Source: Camelus dromedarius (taxonomy: Eukaryota). Taken from it: 64,000 nucleotides of DNA. The position numbers were made by a program, and so were the translations under genes. Shown piece by piece: positions 25,480-39,115 of the stretch. Position 1 is the first letter of the stretch. Each line of letters begins with the position of its first letter. Location of the stretch: positions 98,582,001 through 98,646,000 of the forward strand of contig NC_087437.1 in assembly GCF_036321535.1 (NCBI RefSeq), read 5' to 3'. Below the pieces are notes generated by a model. It ran no database searches and was not told where the DNA came from. It worked only from the letters and a program-made list of their open reading frames with translations.

Positions 25480-27560
25480 ATTTTGATTATGTATTTTCAA
25501 ATGTCAACGATTGCTGCAAGGCTTAGAGAGTGTCCCTTCTGCCACCCCACCCCAGCACTAGTCCCTTTGCCACAGCAATCCTCCTTTAGAGACAAGAAAT
25601 GTCACCTTTCTTAGCTCTTCTGGTACTTAACTTTTTATTTCTAAATACTATACAGTATTGTTTTATTTTGATTATTGCCTTTAAACACAGTTTGGTGGCA
25701 AATCCATAGTTAGTGTTATCATGATCATAACTAGAGTAAATACTCTCCATTGTTGAACCAAGTAGAATGCTGAATTTATGTTACATTTTAATATAATTCC
25801 CCCTGGAATTAATAAATGCAATTTTTTTCTATTTCCTTAATTTACCTAGAAATTATGGGTAAGTCATTATATACCTTCTGATAGGTATGTCAAATATGGC
25901 CTCATTCCAATTCCCATACAGTCAATTCTGTTAATCTATCAATTTCTTCTTCATCTTTGTTTCTCCTGGAAACATCCTTCCCTGGGCCCTCTGTCCGATC
26001 TGTAATGGCTCCTCTCTGTGCGAAGGCTTCTGCCGAACTGTCATCTGAATTCTTGATCTCTCCATTTTTGGATTTGTTTTCTGATCTTAAGTCTTCCTCC
26101 TTCTGGATTTGTCCCTTGTTATGGATGAAATATACCATTAGCTTCTGGAGAAACCGAATACAAAAGGTAGTATTTTTGAGAGATAGTATTTCTTAAAATG
26201 TCCTTATTTCATTTTTATATGTGGTTAATAGTGTGTTTGGATGTAAACTGCTAGAATGATTATTATACACAATAAGACTTTGCAATGCATCAGGCTACTG
26301 TCCTCCACTTTTCTAGATTGCTTTTAGAAAGCAAAAGCAATTATTATTCCTGATCTTTTGCATGTGCCCCCTCTTTTTTTTCTCTAGAGGGCCCTTCTTA
26401 GTCCTTTTTTAAAAAATTTATAGCTTTAGGCACTTGGTAGTAGGTCTTTTCAGTCTGAAGACTTACATCCTTTAGAGGTGGGTAATTTTCTGGTTTTCTC
26501 TGTGGAAGTCCTGTTAGTCAGATGTTGGGCCATTTTGCTTAATTTTTTTTCCTTTCATCTTTTCTCTCCCATGGGTTCTCTCTTTGGACTTTTGATCTTC
26601 CAATTCTTTGGTAAAATTTTTATTCAGGTATCTTTTTATGCTCCAATTTTTATATCTTGTTCCATGAATGTTTCTTTTTAGGCATTTGGTTTTGTTCCCT
26701 GGGTTCAATACCTCCCTTACTCTCTGAGGATATTCATTACAATGTTTTTTTTTTTTTTTTTTTTTGCTCCCTATATTCGTTTTGGTTCTCTTCTCGTTTT
26801 AATTTTAGAAGCTTTCAGTTCTTTGCTCTTGTTTCTAATTAAGAGCAAGGCCCTGACATTTGAATAGGAAGTTCTATGGGTGTGGGCTGCATTTATGCAC
26901 TGCTGAACCTCCTGTGTTTACCGGGACTGGCCAGCCAGCATCTGTGCTGTGAAACCCCCAATGTCTGTATCCCTACTGGGCTTTTCTGTGAGGAGTACAT
27001 TTTTTCTTCCATCTATCTAGGGAGAATTAACAGCTACCAGCTTTCTAGGATTTGGTGGAAAAGGAAGGCTCGGGGTTCCCAGTTTAGCAAGCAAAGTTTA
27101 ACTTAATTTTTTTTTTCCTCTCAGTTTGCCACCTTGCTGTCTTCTGTGCCTCAGGCCTGCAGGTGCGTTACAAGTAGGGTGGCCATTGGAAGGTACTCTG
27201 AGTGAGTGGGGACAGGGGATCTGGGGGTAACTGCTCCCTGTGTGGTTTATCAAATACTTTCCCTGATATCCTCAAATTGTTCCTTGTAATTCCAGTTTCC
27301 AAGCCTCTCTGGGGTCGTTAGGAGACAAATGTGTTAGTAAATCTATGCAAGATTTTACTATCTCACTCTTCTAAATTTTCTTCTGTTTACTTCAGTCTTC
27401 AAACACTGTGGCCTTGGGGTTACAGATGTAATCTAATTTTTTTAAAAAAAGAAATTCAATTGTTTTGTTTTTATTTATTCGTTTTTACTTTGTTTTCCTG
27501 GATTTTAGAGGGGTGGGTTTTGAGAGGAGAGGGCATGGAAATGTTCTGATGTCACCAAAT
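25480..27560 (-). mobile_element. Old HAL1/L1ME-type LINE fragment
   Basis: tagcttctggagaaa ... aaaatgtccttattt ... aatagtgtgtttggatgtaaactgctagaatg ... gtaggtcttttcagtctgaagactta, resembling antisense HAL1; T-rich and diverged. Confidence 0.6.
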
Positions 27561-28534
27561 TAAATTTGCAAATGTGGTGATCAGACTTTGAGGGGTAGAT
27601 TCTTATTATTTGTCAACATTTATTTTTAAAAAGAATAACAATTTATTAATTAGTACTTGGCAAAATTATCATGAAGTAAAATAGAATATTTCCCTTAAGT
27701 TGCTGAAAGCAATGTTGTCCTACTAGGAAAGTCAACTTGAGAAACTAAATAAATAGCTAAACATTTCTGGTGGGTATTGAGTCAGAATAGAAAAAGTTAA
27801 GTGATCTTTCTGGTCAGTGTCATCACATTATCCTAGACTAATGCCATGCTCCGCATTTAAGCAGGTGCCTGCAAGAAAAACAGAATGCTTATACAGGGCA
27901 GCTAAGAAACTATTCCCACTGGATAGTTCTGGTAACACACAGACAGATTTCTATTCTTCTTTCTCTGTTCTTTCTGCAGATTACTGATACATGATAATAA
28001 AACATTTTACAATTATTTGGATGAGAAAGGAACAAACATTTATCAGATACCCACTCTGTGCCATATACAGCACTGTGACTTACACATTATTATAATTTCA
28101 TTGTTCTGTGGTAGATATTTGTTACATTTTAAATTTGTGTCTTTTTAGTGAGATTTCAAGGCAGTACCTAATTTCTGGGTGAAATTAAGGAGATTCCCAA
28201 CATTTACTTGAATCATTTCCTGGGAAGAATTTCACTTGTGGGTAACTACATTCATTTTAGAATGATTTCTATACCTTTTATTTTGATGGCTAATTTTTCC
28301 TCTGGATTTGTTCATAATTCTGTGTGTGAATCTTTTGTTTACCCACATCACACATTGCATACCCAACATTGTGCAAAATCACCTTTGCTTATTTTTCCCA
28401 CAAAAGCAAGGAATATGAAATCTTTGTATTTGATGAGGTCTTAAGAAAGCAGAACGAAGTCCAAAACTAAACACGAGCCCTCACTTGAGTTCAGTGAAAA
28501 GCCAAAAAAATAAATAAATAAATTGTATCATTAA

Positions 28535-28538
<4 letters not shown>

Positions 28539-28565
<27 letters not shown>
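28539..28565. repeat. (CA)n microsatellite
   Basis: Direct inspection. Confidence 0.95.
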
Positions 28566-29203
28566 ACAACAACAATATATGTTTCTAATCATTGCACGTT
28601 CTTAGACTTCCTGGACAGGACTACAGCAACATAAAGGGTTTTTCTGAGGCTGGATGCAGCTCCTCATTTTGCACCTGCCCCTGAGGTAAGCCAGGCTGGC
28701 AGGAAGAGAAGGCAGGACTGATTCCAAAGGGTTAGTCCTTCGCCAGTCACTGGAATCACAAGCCCTCAGGGTGAGCTTGAACCACAGATGCACGTTAGAT
28801 GTTCATCTCGGCGTTAAAAAAAGATTTTGTGAAAATAGCGGCTGGTCCTGAGCCCAGCAAGCGTGGAGAGGAAGAATGATAAGTTATCCATTTCTAGAAA
28901 CTTTATAAATATAGGACTTGCTTAACACAGACTGCTGACCTTGAATTCCCTTCTTATGAGTATGTTTGTAATTCTGAAAGCAGCCCCAGAAGGCTGGAGA
29001 ACAACTCACAAAGTGGCTATTAATAAACAGTGCTCGAAAAGTTACAGAGCCCAAAGGGTAAAGACAGGTGTTTCATTTCAATATTGGAAAGAAATGCTGA
29101 CGGGGTCAGGTGCCGAGCATCCACCGCTTTGTCTGAACACTGTCGGGCATGTGTATGTGTCCATGTCCATGTGCACAACCCATGCACACATACTTTCAAA
29201 GTA

Positions 29204-29412
29204 CAGTTGACCCTCACACGATGTGGGGGTTAGGGTCACTGACCCTCCACCCAGTGGAAAAGCTGCCAATAACTTTACAGTGGGTGATCTGTACCCACGA
29301 TTCTGCTTCTGCAGATTCAACCAATCTCAGAGCACTTGCTACTGTAGTAGATTGTTACTGAAAAATAAGTGGACCCACGCAGTTCAAAACCCTGTCATCC
29401 AAGAGCCCACTG
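29204..29412. mobile_element. MER8/Tigger2-family TcMar-Tigger MITE
   Basis: Begins ta|cagttgaccct (TA target plus TIR); internal ggggttaggg, gattcaaccaa, taagtggacccacgcagttcaaa; degenerate right TIR caagagcccactg. Confidence 0.8.
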
Positions 29413-31414
29413 CACTCACTAGTGTGTGCATTCTGTAGTAGATGATACTTATTTAAGAACATGGTACAACTTGAATCAATATAATAGTGACTTTGTTTCT
29501 AAAATCATTCCAATGTTTTTCAACAACGTTAATAACTATACTTAATAAAGTCACGTTGGGCCAATATATTTTCATTCAAGCACTAGTGAAATTAAGACTG
29601 GTTGGCCTCATGGGGAAAAACATTCAGTTCCCTACTTAGACTGAGTCAATCTCAAAATGTAGGAAAAATAATATAAATGCAACCTATTTCCTAAAGAGAG
29701 TTGGCAATAACATCTTCATACATACACAGTGGTTTTTCAATATTTAAAAAGCAGTTATTTGGATCTCACAGGTCTTATAATGAAGCAGAAATAGGAGGCC
29801 ACATACCTGGACAAAGTGCAAACATTTGCAGCAAGAGTAAATTGATGAGTTTTCTTTTTCAACCCAGTTTCAGGTCTGGATTTATAACACTGACTTCCTT
29901 CCATTTCATTTTTTCACTTCTTTTATCTTCATCCGTTTTCCCCTTTCTCCTGAATCACCTCCTCTCAGTCATTTTATAGAATAAATTGTAGCATGAAGAT
30001 CATCTTCAAGAAATCATATCCTACGGCCTTTCTTAAGGTAATTCAAACTTGTACTTGGCCAAAAAAGAACTGTATGCTAAATTTATGTATGTTCCGGAGA
30101 CAGAGAGAAACTATTTTTTCTCCGTCCCCTTCATGAGACATTTAAACAAGTGGGTAACAGGTGCTGCATGCCTGGAACACACTGTACTCCGAATATTCTT
30201 GCAAGAAGTTGTTCACTCTGGGGAAAGCATTTCATTTCTAAGTCTTAGTGAACACCACCTGTGCTTGGTCAGTCACTGGCAGGATACACCCCTGGGGCTG
30301 AAAAGGGATTTTTTTGGGCTAGGGACAGAATTGTTTCTCCAAATACTTGGGGAGGGAGCTGATAAATTACACCTACCAAGCCAGATAATAGCTGTAATCT
30401 TGTCCTTTGGGACAAGATATTTCACCCACGTTTTGAATGGAAGAGGTAACGCAAGATTGAACAATGTACTAAACCGATGTCTTATTCTCATTTGGGAAAA
30501 AAAGGTGTTTGATTTTACTAATATGAAATATAAAACTTGATTGTGCCAAGACTGTGATATTCATGTGGGAAAAGAAGAGAAAATTTGAGACAGAAAGAAG
30601 GAAATATCGATTAGTAGGATTAAGGGGCAAATTTCCATGTTTTTTGCACTAACCTCAGAATTAGCAGCTAGAACTCATGGACTTGGTCTAATAAAGACAA
30701 TTTACACAGCACTATGGATATGAAAAGAGCCCCAGAGACAATATTTGTAAGCCATAAATTACTAATATATATGTACTTACGATGAATAAATTATTTTGCA
30801 GTATGATGAGCATGATATTGCTTTGAAGACAAGAATAAAATCAAAGTTTCTGAAGGAAGATTAACTCTATCAGCCCCTTAGGATATACCTTTTTTTCTTA
30901 AATCATTGTCATTGCCTAGAGTTTTAAGTATCCTAACGGTTAGAGGTGATGTGCTAGTTCATAGACAGCATCCTCCCAACTCCCCCGGGCGGAGCGGAAC
31001 TGTGACTTAAGCCAGTGCTTGGTGGATTTCCCAAACATGGCGAGGTGCTCGTCTTACCCCTCCTCCACCCCGATGCGTGTGAATCACTGCCCACCTTCAG
31101 AAGCATGAAGCTGCTGTGTTATCAGTTTAGAGATCAAATTCTTCTGCAAGAATGATAACTATACTGAACTCCAGCTGAGATTTAGTGTTCCAGGTTAAAT
31201 TCTTTCTGTCTCCATGCTAGCTTTTAATAATGCTGGACGACCACAGCATAGATTTTGAGTTGGGAATTATTGAGGAAAACGAGATGGTATGGGAAAATTT
31301 GTTCTAGGGACACCAGGTCAACATATTACCTCAGACGTTGTTGAGATCTGAGGCAGGACACTCTAGGTGTGACTCTGATGCCATTTCAGCTGTATTTTAA
31401 AGTATGTATTTCCA

Positions 31415-33200
31415 GTGGTCTGGAGGAAATTTCCACTTGAATATTTCATCGCATCTAACACTAAATTTATCTCCGTTTCAACTTAGACCTTTCAACTTGC
31501 TTACAGATTGCATTTGTCCGGGACATTGTTATTCTAGTGTTCAGGGCGAGAATCTTAGGAAACTGGGTGTCATCTTTGCTGCTTCTCACCATCGTTCTCT
31601 GTCTCACCTTCCATCAAGTCCTTTTCAAAGATTACCTCAGACTTACCTTTCTTCTCTATTTGTGTGCAGTTAGCGTATTCGCTGTGCTGGGCTTTCAAAG
31701 CCCACCAGCTGCCCACCTCCATTCCCCAGCTCACGTTCTCTGCCTTTCTTGAGCCTCTCTTTACTGTCGTTACACTTTGTGAAGGGTTATCCTGCCTCTG
31801 GAACTTTCTGTATACTCCTCTGGCCTGAAACTTCCTCCGGGTTCCCCAGATCTGATAATTTCCTTTTGACATAAATTCCTTTCCAACACAGCCTAGACGT
31901 CATGGTTTGATGACTTAAATGCACTTTCACCAGCACCCTTGAGGCATTACCCACCCCCAGCACCACCATGGTAATATACAAAGGTGAATCTACGCATTCA
32001 TTTCATTTATAACTCTCCTTTTTCTTTACCATTTGTCCTTGGCCCTGAGCATTGAAAGTCTACCATGGGACTGAACAATACCACCACACCTTATTCTAAA
32101 CCAGTCTTGGGCCCTCAGTACCACTGGAGACTTCCTTCTCCTGTGTCTGCTCACAGGATTTTTATATGTCCTGTTCTACATCCCTCTTCCTAGTGCTTGT
32201 TTACTTCCAGCTCTCTTACCCCCAGCAGCCAACTCTGCCTGATTCTTCAGACCAAGGAGCGGCTGTCAGCAACAGCTCACCTTTCTCCCTGGCACCCTGA
32301 CCTCTGACCACAGACTCCATCCTTATCCATCTTCCTGCCTGTCTCAGAGCAAGACAGCCCCTGGTCTTCTCTCCGTGACACCCTTCCCTGTGCTCCAGGA
32401 TCTGCAGCATCATTTCGCCCCTCTTTTTGTAGATAGTCTGCATTTCGTTTTTTATTCTCTCAATCCTTTCTCCAGAGTTTATCAATGTACCCAAGTCTCC
32501 TTCACCCTCAAAAATAGTTCATCTTATTACTATATCCTCTTCAAACTACTTCCTAATTCCTTTTTCAACTTGTGGTTAATCTTCTGGGGGAGGGGGCGGA
32601 GTGAGGGGGAAGACTACACTTACTAAGTCTACTTTTCCAAATTACAGCTGAAGTTATTGCAGTCTGGCTTCCTCTCTATTTACCTTCCTGAGGTGGTTTT
32701 CCCTTTAGCCACAGATGACATCTTCATTGTCAAATTCTATTTCGTCCTCACATTACTTGACTTTTCTATAGGATTTGATGCTTGATGTTGTTCTCACGGA
32801 TTCTAGGCCACTAGCTTCTGCTGGTTTCTGTCTATGTGCTGTCTCTCCTCCATCCATTTGGTCCACCCACCGCATTGGAGGGTTTGCTTCCTCAGTATGT
32901 AAGGGGACTCCTCTTGGTGTCCTTTTGTTTTCTTCAGAGTCCTTAAGTGATCCTATTTTTATCCCAGGTTTTCTTTTACAACCCAAACTACATTTCTCTA
33001 CGTGATGACTTCCCAATCTCAACACCCAGGTCTCTCCCCATTTCTTTCCCTTTGGTTCATTATGACTTTTATCTTTTTTTTTTTTTTTAAAGTGTGTCTC
33101 CTCGTATCATTACCTCACTTAAATATGCCTGGAGTCTATAGGATAAAAGTCAAACTCTGTAGCAGGGTGCAAAGCCCAGCAGCATCTGGACTCCCATCTT
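31415..33200 (+). mobile_element. Cluster of degraded L2 fragments
   Basis: ccacttgaatatttcatcgcatctaa, gaaactgggtgtcatctttg, tgcagtctggcttcc, atgacatcttcattgtcaaattc, ctataggataaaagtcaaactc. Confidence 0.55.
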
Positions 33201-33589
33201 CTATTCATGGCTGCGTAGTCCCCTCTCCAGCCACATGGGAATTCTCACCCCAATCTCTGCTTCTGGGAGAGAGATATTTGTGTACCAGTCATGTCCCCCC
33301 TCCACCCTAGTGCAAACTCTGAAAAAAAAAGTTTCATGACCATTGATGAGGTTGTATAATTCAGATCTTGAAAAATACGAATATCTAGTTATTCTGAGAT
33401 GATCTTGCTGCTGCCCTGAGGCAAGGCCACACCCTGAGAGACTCAACTGGGGGGAACAAAGTGACCATTGTCAAATATCCTGGGAACTTCTTCAATATGG
33501 AGTTAGCAACAAGATACGTCTTTGAACTGAAGGCTGGAGAGACATCTTGTTGTCTCCAGTCCAGGGACTTCCCGTGATGGGACTGACCT

Positions 33590-34030
33590 GGTTTCCTGGG
33601 TTGGGTTTCAACAACACAAAGTCTGATGTGAGAGGATACGTGTGAAAGTGGTTTGTTAAGAGGAAATTGGAAAGGGCACAGGAAAAGCAGGATATGTGAT
33701 GGGGAAAAGCCAAGCAAGTGTATAGTTTGAGGTGAAGTCCTAGCCTGGGCTTGACCCTGTGGGCGGCCCTGAAGGGTGAGCTGCACTGCGGCCGCTATCC
33801 TGTCCGGAGGCCAGGGAGCTGGCATCTGGTCTACCTGCAGTAGCAGGCAGTCACTGGCTGCCTGCTGGGTGAAGGTGGCAGGAATGAGGATTTGCAAACT
33901 TCAGATACTTCCAGCTCAGCTTCAGAAGCCAAAGAACTTTCCTCGGAGAAAGCTGCAGGTGCGAGCAGTTAGAAGGAGAGCACAGAGCTGGGCGTGTGTG
34001 TGCAGAACCGGCCACAGAGACGTGAAGGAA
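33590..34030 (-). mobile_element. ERVL-class solo LTR (LTR16-like)
   Basis: gtgtgaaagtggtttgttaagagg ... ggggaaaagccaagcaag ... gtgaagtcctagcctgggcttgaccctgtggg ... cagtcactggctg. Confidence 0.55.
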
Positions 34031-34829
34031 GATCAGTGATGTCTAATCCCACCGGGTGCGGAGAAACAGACTTGGAGCTGCACTCACAGAGCTTGGCCCG
34101 TCCGCTGCCAGCAGCAGGAGTAGCAGGAACGTCAGATCGGGGAAGTGACAGCTTTTGGAACAACCATCTTCTGGGGAGTATGGATTCCTCTGGCCACACA
34201 TGGCCGTGCATCGTCCCACTAACAAGAGAGGGGATGTGCCAGGACCTGGACCCCTGGGCTCTGAATAGAGGAAGCACCAGCCATCCCAACAGAACAGAGA
34301 CTTTCTGAGGGTCACCAGCAGCAGAGCAAAAGCCCAAGGACAAAATGAGCAGAGCCCAGAGGAATGCCCAGGCAGAGTGGTTTCAAAAAGCAAGCAGAAG
34401 GGCGTCCTGGTAAACTCAGAAATAACTAAGAGGTCGGGGAGACTGAGAGAGGCAAAGCCAAACTCTCTGGAGCCAGTTATAGCTTGGGCTACATCCCGCT
34501 AAAGGGCTGGTGAGGGTTAAGTTTAGGTTTACTAGTTTTCTTAGAATCAATGCAATGTCTTCTAATGAAACAACAGTTTTACATTTTTGAGAACGTCATT
34601 TACCCCCCACCAAAGAACTCTGCATTGCAGTTGAAAATGCTAAATACATACATTCACTTCAGACAAAAAAAATACTATATATATAAAAAAAAAGCGCTGG
34701 TGAGAGACTAGAATTGTCAGGCTCTAAACCCCCAACGTGGCTGATCCACCAATGAGCCAGGAGATGGAGCAGTAGTAGCTCTTTTTTTCCTCAGGCTTCA
34801 AGACCAAAGAACAATGTCCCAAATTGGGT

Positions 34830-35060
34830 AACTCCTTCCTAACCTCCCGTAGACTCAGTTTCTCCTTTCTCTGTGCTTAAAGGACAATTAGCTACTTTTA
34901 TTACAGAATTTGCTGCACTGGACTGTGATGATTGGTTTCAGTGTCTGGCCCCATAAACTCCTTCAGGAAAGGAGCTATTACTCATCTCTCCTCTTCAATA
35001 TTTAACATAATTTTAAGCAAATACTACCGTCTTCATAAATGTTATTTGCGTGAATTAAGT
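34830..35060 (+). mobile_element. L2 3' fragment
   Basis: ccttcctaacctccc ... ttggtttcagtgtctg ... aaactccttcaggaaagg ... taaatgttatttgcgtgaatt. Confidence 0.5.
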
Positions 35061-35202
35061 ACATAAACCATGGTTTCATCCCTTGGAAGGGGCAGATCAA
35101 AACATCTTTAAGAGATGGATGCAAGCTATGAAATGTCTTCCCAGAAAAATGCACAAACACACAGAATTTTGTATACACGAACCCAGAAGAATTTCTCAAA
35201 AC

Positions 35203-35203
35203 A

Positions 35204-35260
<57 letters not shown>

Positions 35261-35325
35261 AAAGAAAGAAAAAAGAGAGAAAGAAAAAAGAGAGAAAGAA
35301 AAAGGAAGAAAAGAAAAAGGAAGAA

Positions 35326-35423
<98 letters not shown>

Positions 35424-35565
35424 GAAAGAGAAAGAGAAAGAAAAAGAAAAAGAAAAAGAAAGAAAGAAAGAAAGGGAGGGAGGAAGGGAGGGAGGGAGGA
35501 AGAAAGAAAGAAAGGGAGGGAGGAAGGGAGGGAGGAAGGAAGGGAGGAAGGAAGGAAAAAGAAAA
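35203..35565. repeat. 363-bp pure polypurine compound microsatellite, (GAAA)n/(GAAAAA)n/(GGAA,GGAG)n
   Basis: No pyrimidine on the + strand from 35203 to 35565. Confidence 0.97.
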
Positions 35566-38034
35566 TAAGCATTGTTACCAGGCTTTAGCTTGTCCTTCAA
35601 ACTCAAGATTGATGGTGGAGATCCTCCCAAAGCTTTGAATCCCTGGTGTGTTCTAACTCTTACGGTCAGCTAATGAGAAACTTGAAATCAATCCAAGCAT
35701 TAAGAATTTAGGAGCTCTCTCCCAAATTACATGCACCAACTACTTCAGAGGAAGTTCATAGGAACTGCAATTAGTGTGAAGTGAAGCACTGATGGGAACC
35801 AAGCAAGAAAACAGAAGAGGAGGAAATGAAGAGACTTTTTAATGAACAAAGAAAACAGGCAGAGCAGGCACGTCTGGTCCTGGAAATGAATGGGTGGGGA
35901 GGACACTACTTTCCCGCAGCTTCTTGCCGCACTCTAGGCCACCCCATCTGACTACTGAGTGAGTTACGTCCAGGTTTTCTTAGCCAGATGGAGATTAAAA
36001 CCTCCTTCTTCATAGACTCTCTCTTTTCCAAGTGCTCCTGGGAGCCTCACCTTCTCATTTCATTTCTCTAGTCTTAAAAATGTTTTTACTCTCTAGATTT
36101 TTGGTTACATAGCCAATGACATTGACATCATTTATTTAAGAAAAGAAAATAACGCCAATGTTCACGTGCAATGGGTTAATAATGCCAGTTTAGAGATTTT
36201 TGAGTAATTTGGTGCTCCGTTGTGTTTCTACATTTGATGAAAGTGTAATGAAATATTTTGCATGTGTTAAGTTCCAGTGAGTAATTATTGACTAGCTGAT
36301 TGTTGATTGAGAACAGATTTTAAAGAAAGAAGTATCAGTTTAAATCCTGTTCCTTCTTTTACTTTTCTGAACAGACTACCTTGCAATCTCACGATGCAGT
36401 TTAAGATGAACTCTCAGCTAAACATGTGAAGGGGAGTTAGGGAGCATCCAGACAGAATGAAATATAGGTAGACAATTATTTAAAGGTAAATTGAAAATAA
36501 AATACATCAAATAATAACCAAACTTCTCCTGGCTACAAAAACTCATTCCTCCTCTGGTACTATGGCCATAAAATTTCTAAAATATGTGTCAAGAGCTAGA
36601 AGTAAAAAAAAAAAAAAAAAAAAAAAAGTTTAGGTGTGAAATCATGTATGTTTGAAAGTTTCTTTAAATTTATCCACAGAAATGAGTTAAATCAAAACTG
36701 ATTTTTCACTATCAATTGTTGTTCAATTGTTAATGTGTGTGCTGTTTACATATATATATTTTTAGATATATTTAAATTTTAAAATTCTGATTATTTATGA
36801 TAAAATAGCACATTTCCTTGATTTAAAGACAAATGTTTCTGAAATTGAGATTCAACTTACAAACTATATGACCGTGTAATCTACAAATTGTCTTGAAATT
36901 GATGGTGTGTTATTCAGTTGATGGACTCTTAGAATGGAGGAGGTAAATAAGATTCTGTTTAGTTTTCCAAAAAAACATTTATCAGAGATGGGTACTTTTA
37001 ATTGATATTCTACAGCTTCTGTTCTCTATCCACTTTACTTTTTTTTCATCTTCTGTCTGAACTAATTTCTTCATGGAGCAATTAGGCAAGGCCTTTTGAG
37101 AATGGGGTAAGAATGAGATATTCTGGGCTTTCCAATGCTGTAAGAAATATCCATGCGTTACCATTGAATTAATGGCAGATGTCCCTTTGCCATTGATTTA
37201 CAAATCAGCTTTAGGAAACCACCTTCATACCTGGCTATGTTGTCATATGGAGTTGGACTGAAGCATTCAAACAAAATTTTCACACAACATCAAGACCGTA
37301 GAGTTCCCTTTTAGCACCTGGCTGCACTTTTTCCCCAAACATAAATCTATTTGTGTTAAAATTGGCCAAACGGTTTGTCTCATTAAACCATATTCAACTG
37401 GAAGTATTTTATCAGTAATGAAAAATAAAATGTTATGTCAAAGTTACTTAAAAGGTGAAGGGGGGAGTGAAAGTCATTTCATGAAACAATGTGAAAAATG
37501 AAAAAGCTCTCTTTGATCGCAGTTCGTAATTGAAGGTTATTTCCATTTCCTAGGTAGTTATTTTGGCAATTAAATCGACTCAAAAGTTGTATCTCTAAAA
37601 AAAATTAATTGTATGTTGAAAAAGTGAATTGAGATAATGTATTCTGTAAAGGTTAAAAGAGGTTATTTCAAATGCTATTTCAGTAACATTAGATTTGTTA
37701 TCATATGCAGAAAAGTTTAAGATATTAAAAAATATAAGATGCTAAAAATGTTTTCTATATGGAAAAATATTCTTTAATTTTATTAGTAAGAATTGTTCTG
37801 AGTGCATGTATTTATTACCTTAAACTGCTAACTTAGATTGATTTTTGTAAGGATGCTTCTAGTCTGTGCTGCTATGTATCATGTTGTCTATAAATTTCCC
37901 CTGACTTAATGACTAGATTATAAATTCCTGAGGGTATTTATCATTTTTCACATTTGTAAACAGCTAGATATATCTCTCACACACAATAAACTGCACATAT
38001 ATAAAATATGTAATTTGGTAAGTTGTTCTATAGC

Positions 38035-39115
38035 TCACTGATCCTCTGTTTACTTTTTTCTAAATTTTTTTCCCTTTGTTTCATTTTAATAGTCTCTATT
38101 GCTGTGTCTCCAAGTTCACTATTCTTTTCTTCTGTAGCATCTAATCTGCATTAAATCTCATCCAGTGTATTTTTCATCTCATACATGGCAGTTTTCTAGA
38201 GAAGATCTCTAGGCATTCAATTTGGATCTTTTTTATATCTTTTAGGTCTCTACTTAACATTTTGAACATATGGAATATAATCATAACTTTTTAATACCCT
38301 CGTCTATTAATTCTAACATCTGCATCAGTTCTGTGTCAGTTTTAGCTAATTGATTGAATTTCATGTTAGTTCTATTTTCACACTTCTTTGTATGCTGGTC
38401 ATCTTTGGTTGGTGGCCAGACATTGTGGATTTTACTGTGTTTGATGCTGGCTATTTTTGTATTCCTATAAATGTTCTTGAATTTTGTTCTGGGATGTGGT
38501 TACATTAGTTGGAAACATTTTTACATTTGTAGGTCTTGCTTTTAAGGCTTGTTAAGTGGGACTACAGTAATATTTATTAGGACTAATTATTCTCCACTAC
38601 TGAGAAAAGATCCTTCTGAGTGTTTTACCCAATGCCTGCAAATTACGAGGATTTCCAGTGTGGCTGATGGAAACGTGTGCATTCCAGACCCTGTGTGAGC
38701 ACTGGACATTGTCCTAATTTTTTCAGATGATTCTTTTCCTAGCCTCAGGCAGCTTCCTCATGTGCCTGTGCTGATCAGTACTTTGTTGAATGCTGTCTGA
38801 GAAGAACTCTCAGCAGATTTCTGCATTTGTTTCTTAGTGCATTTCTCTTGTCTCCAGTACTCTGTTTAGTGAATGCTCGCTGCCTTGGTCTCCCCAGACT
38901 CACAGCTCTGTCTCTCTATCTTAGGGAGTCTGCCAGGCTCCTTCTCAGTCTCCCTTCCCAGTACTGCAGCCTGGAAACTCTCTCAAAGCAGTAATCTGGA
39001 GACAATCATCTCTTGAGGGTCGCTTCTTTTGTTGCCTGATGTTTAGGGTCTTGAAAGCCATTGTTTCAAACATTTGCCCCTTTTGGGGGTTATTTTAGGT
39101 GGAAAGGTGAATTCA
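38035..39115 (-). mobile_element. Old L1 5' region (L1MC4-like)
   Basis: caagttcactattcttttcttctg ... ctaacatctgcatcagttctg ... ccagacattgtggattttac ... cttggtctccccagactcacagctctgtctc ... gcagcctggaaactctctc. Confidence 0.75.

Noticed and set aside
28606..28690. Possible exon bounded by ttcttag and gag|gtaagc
   Set aside because: Stops in all three frames; a non-coding exon cannot be supported without RNA data
29980..30540. 163-aa ORF 30049-30540 and a possible short exon ending aag|gtaatt near 30037
   Set aside because: No recognisable homology and no consistent partner exons
35083..35630. Four Lys/Glu/Arg-rich or Phe/Leu/Ser-rich ORFs of 144-161 aa
   Set aside because: They are translations of the stop-free GAAA microsatellite
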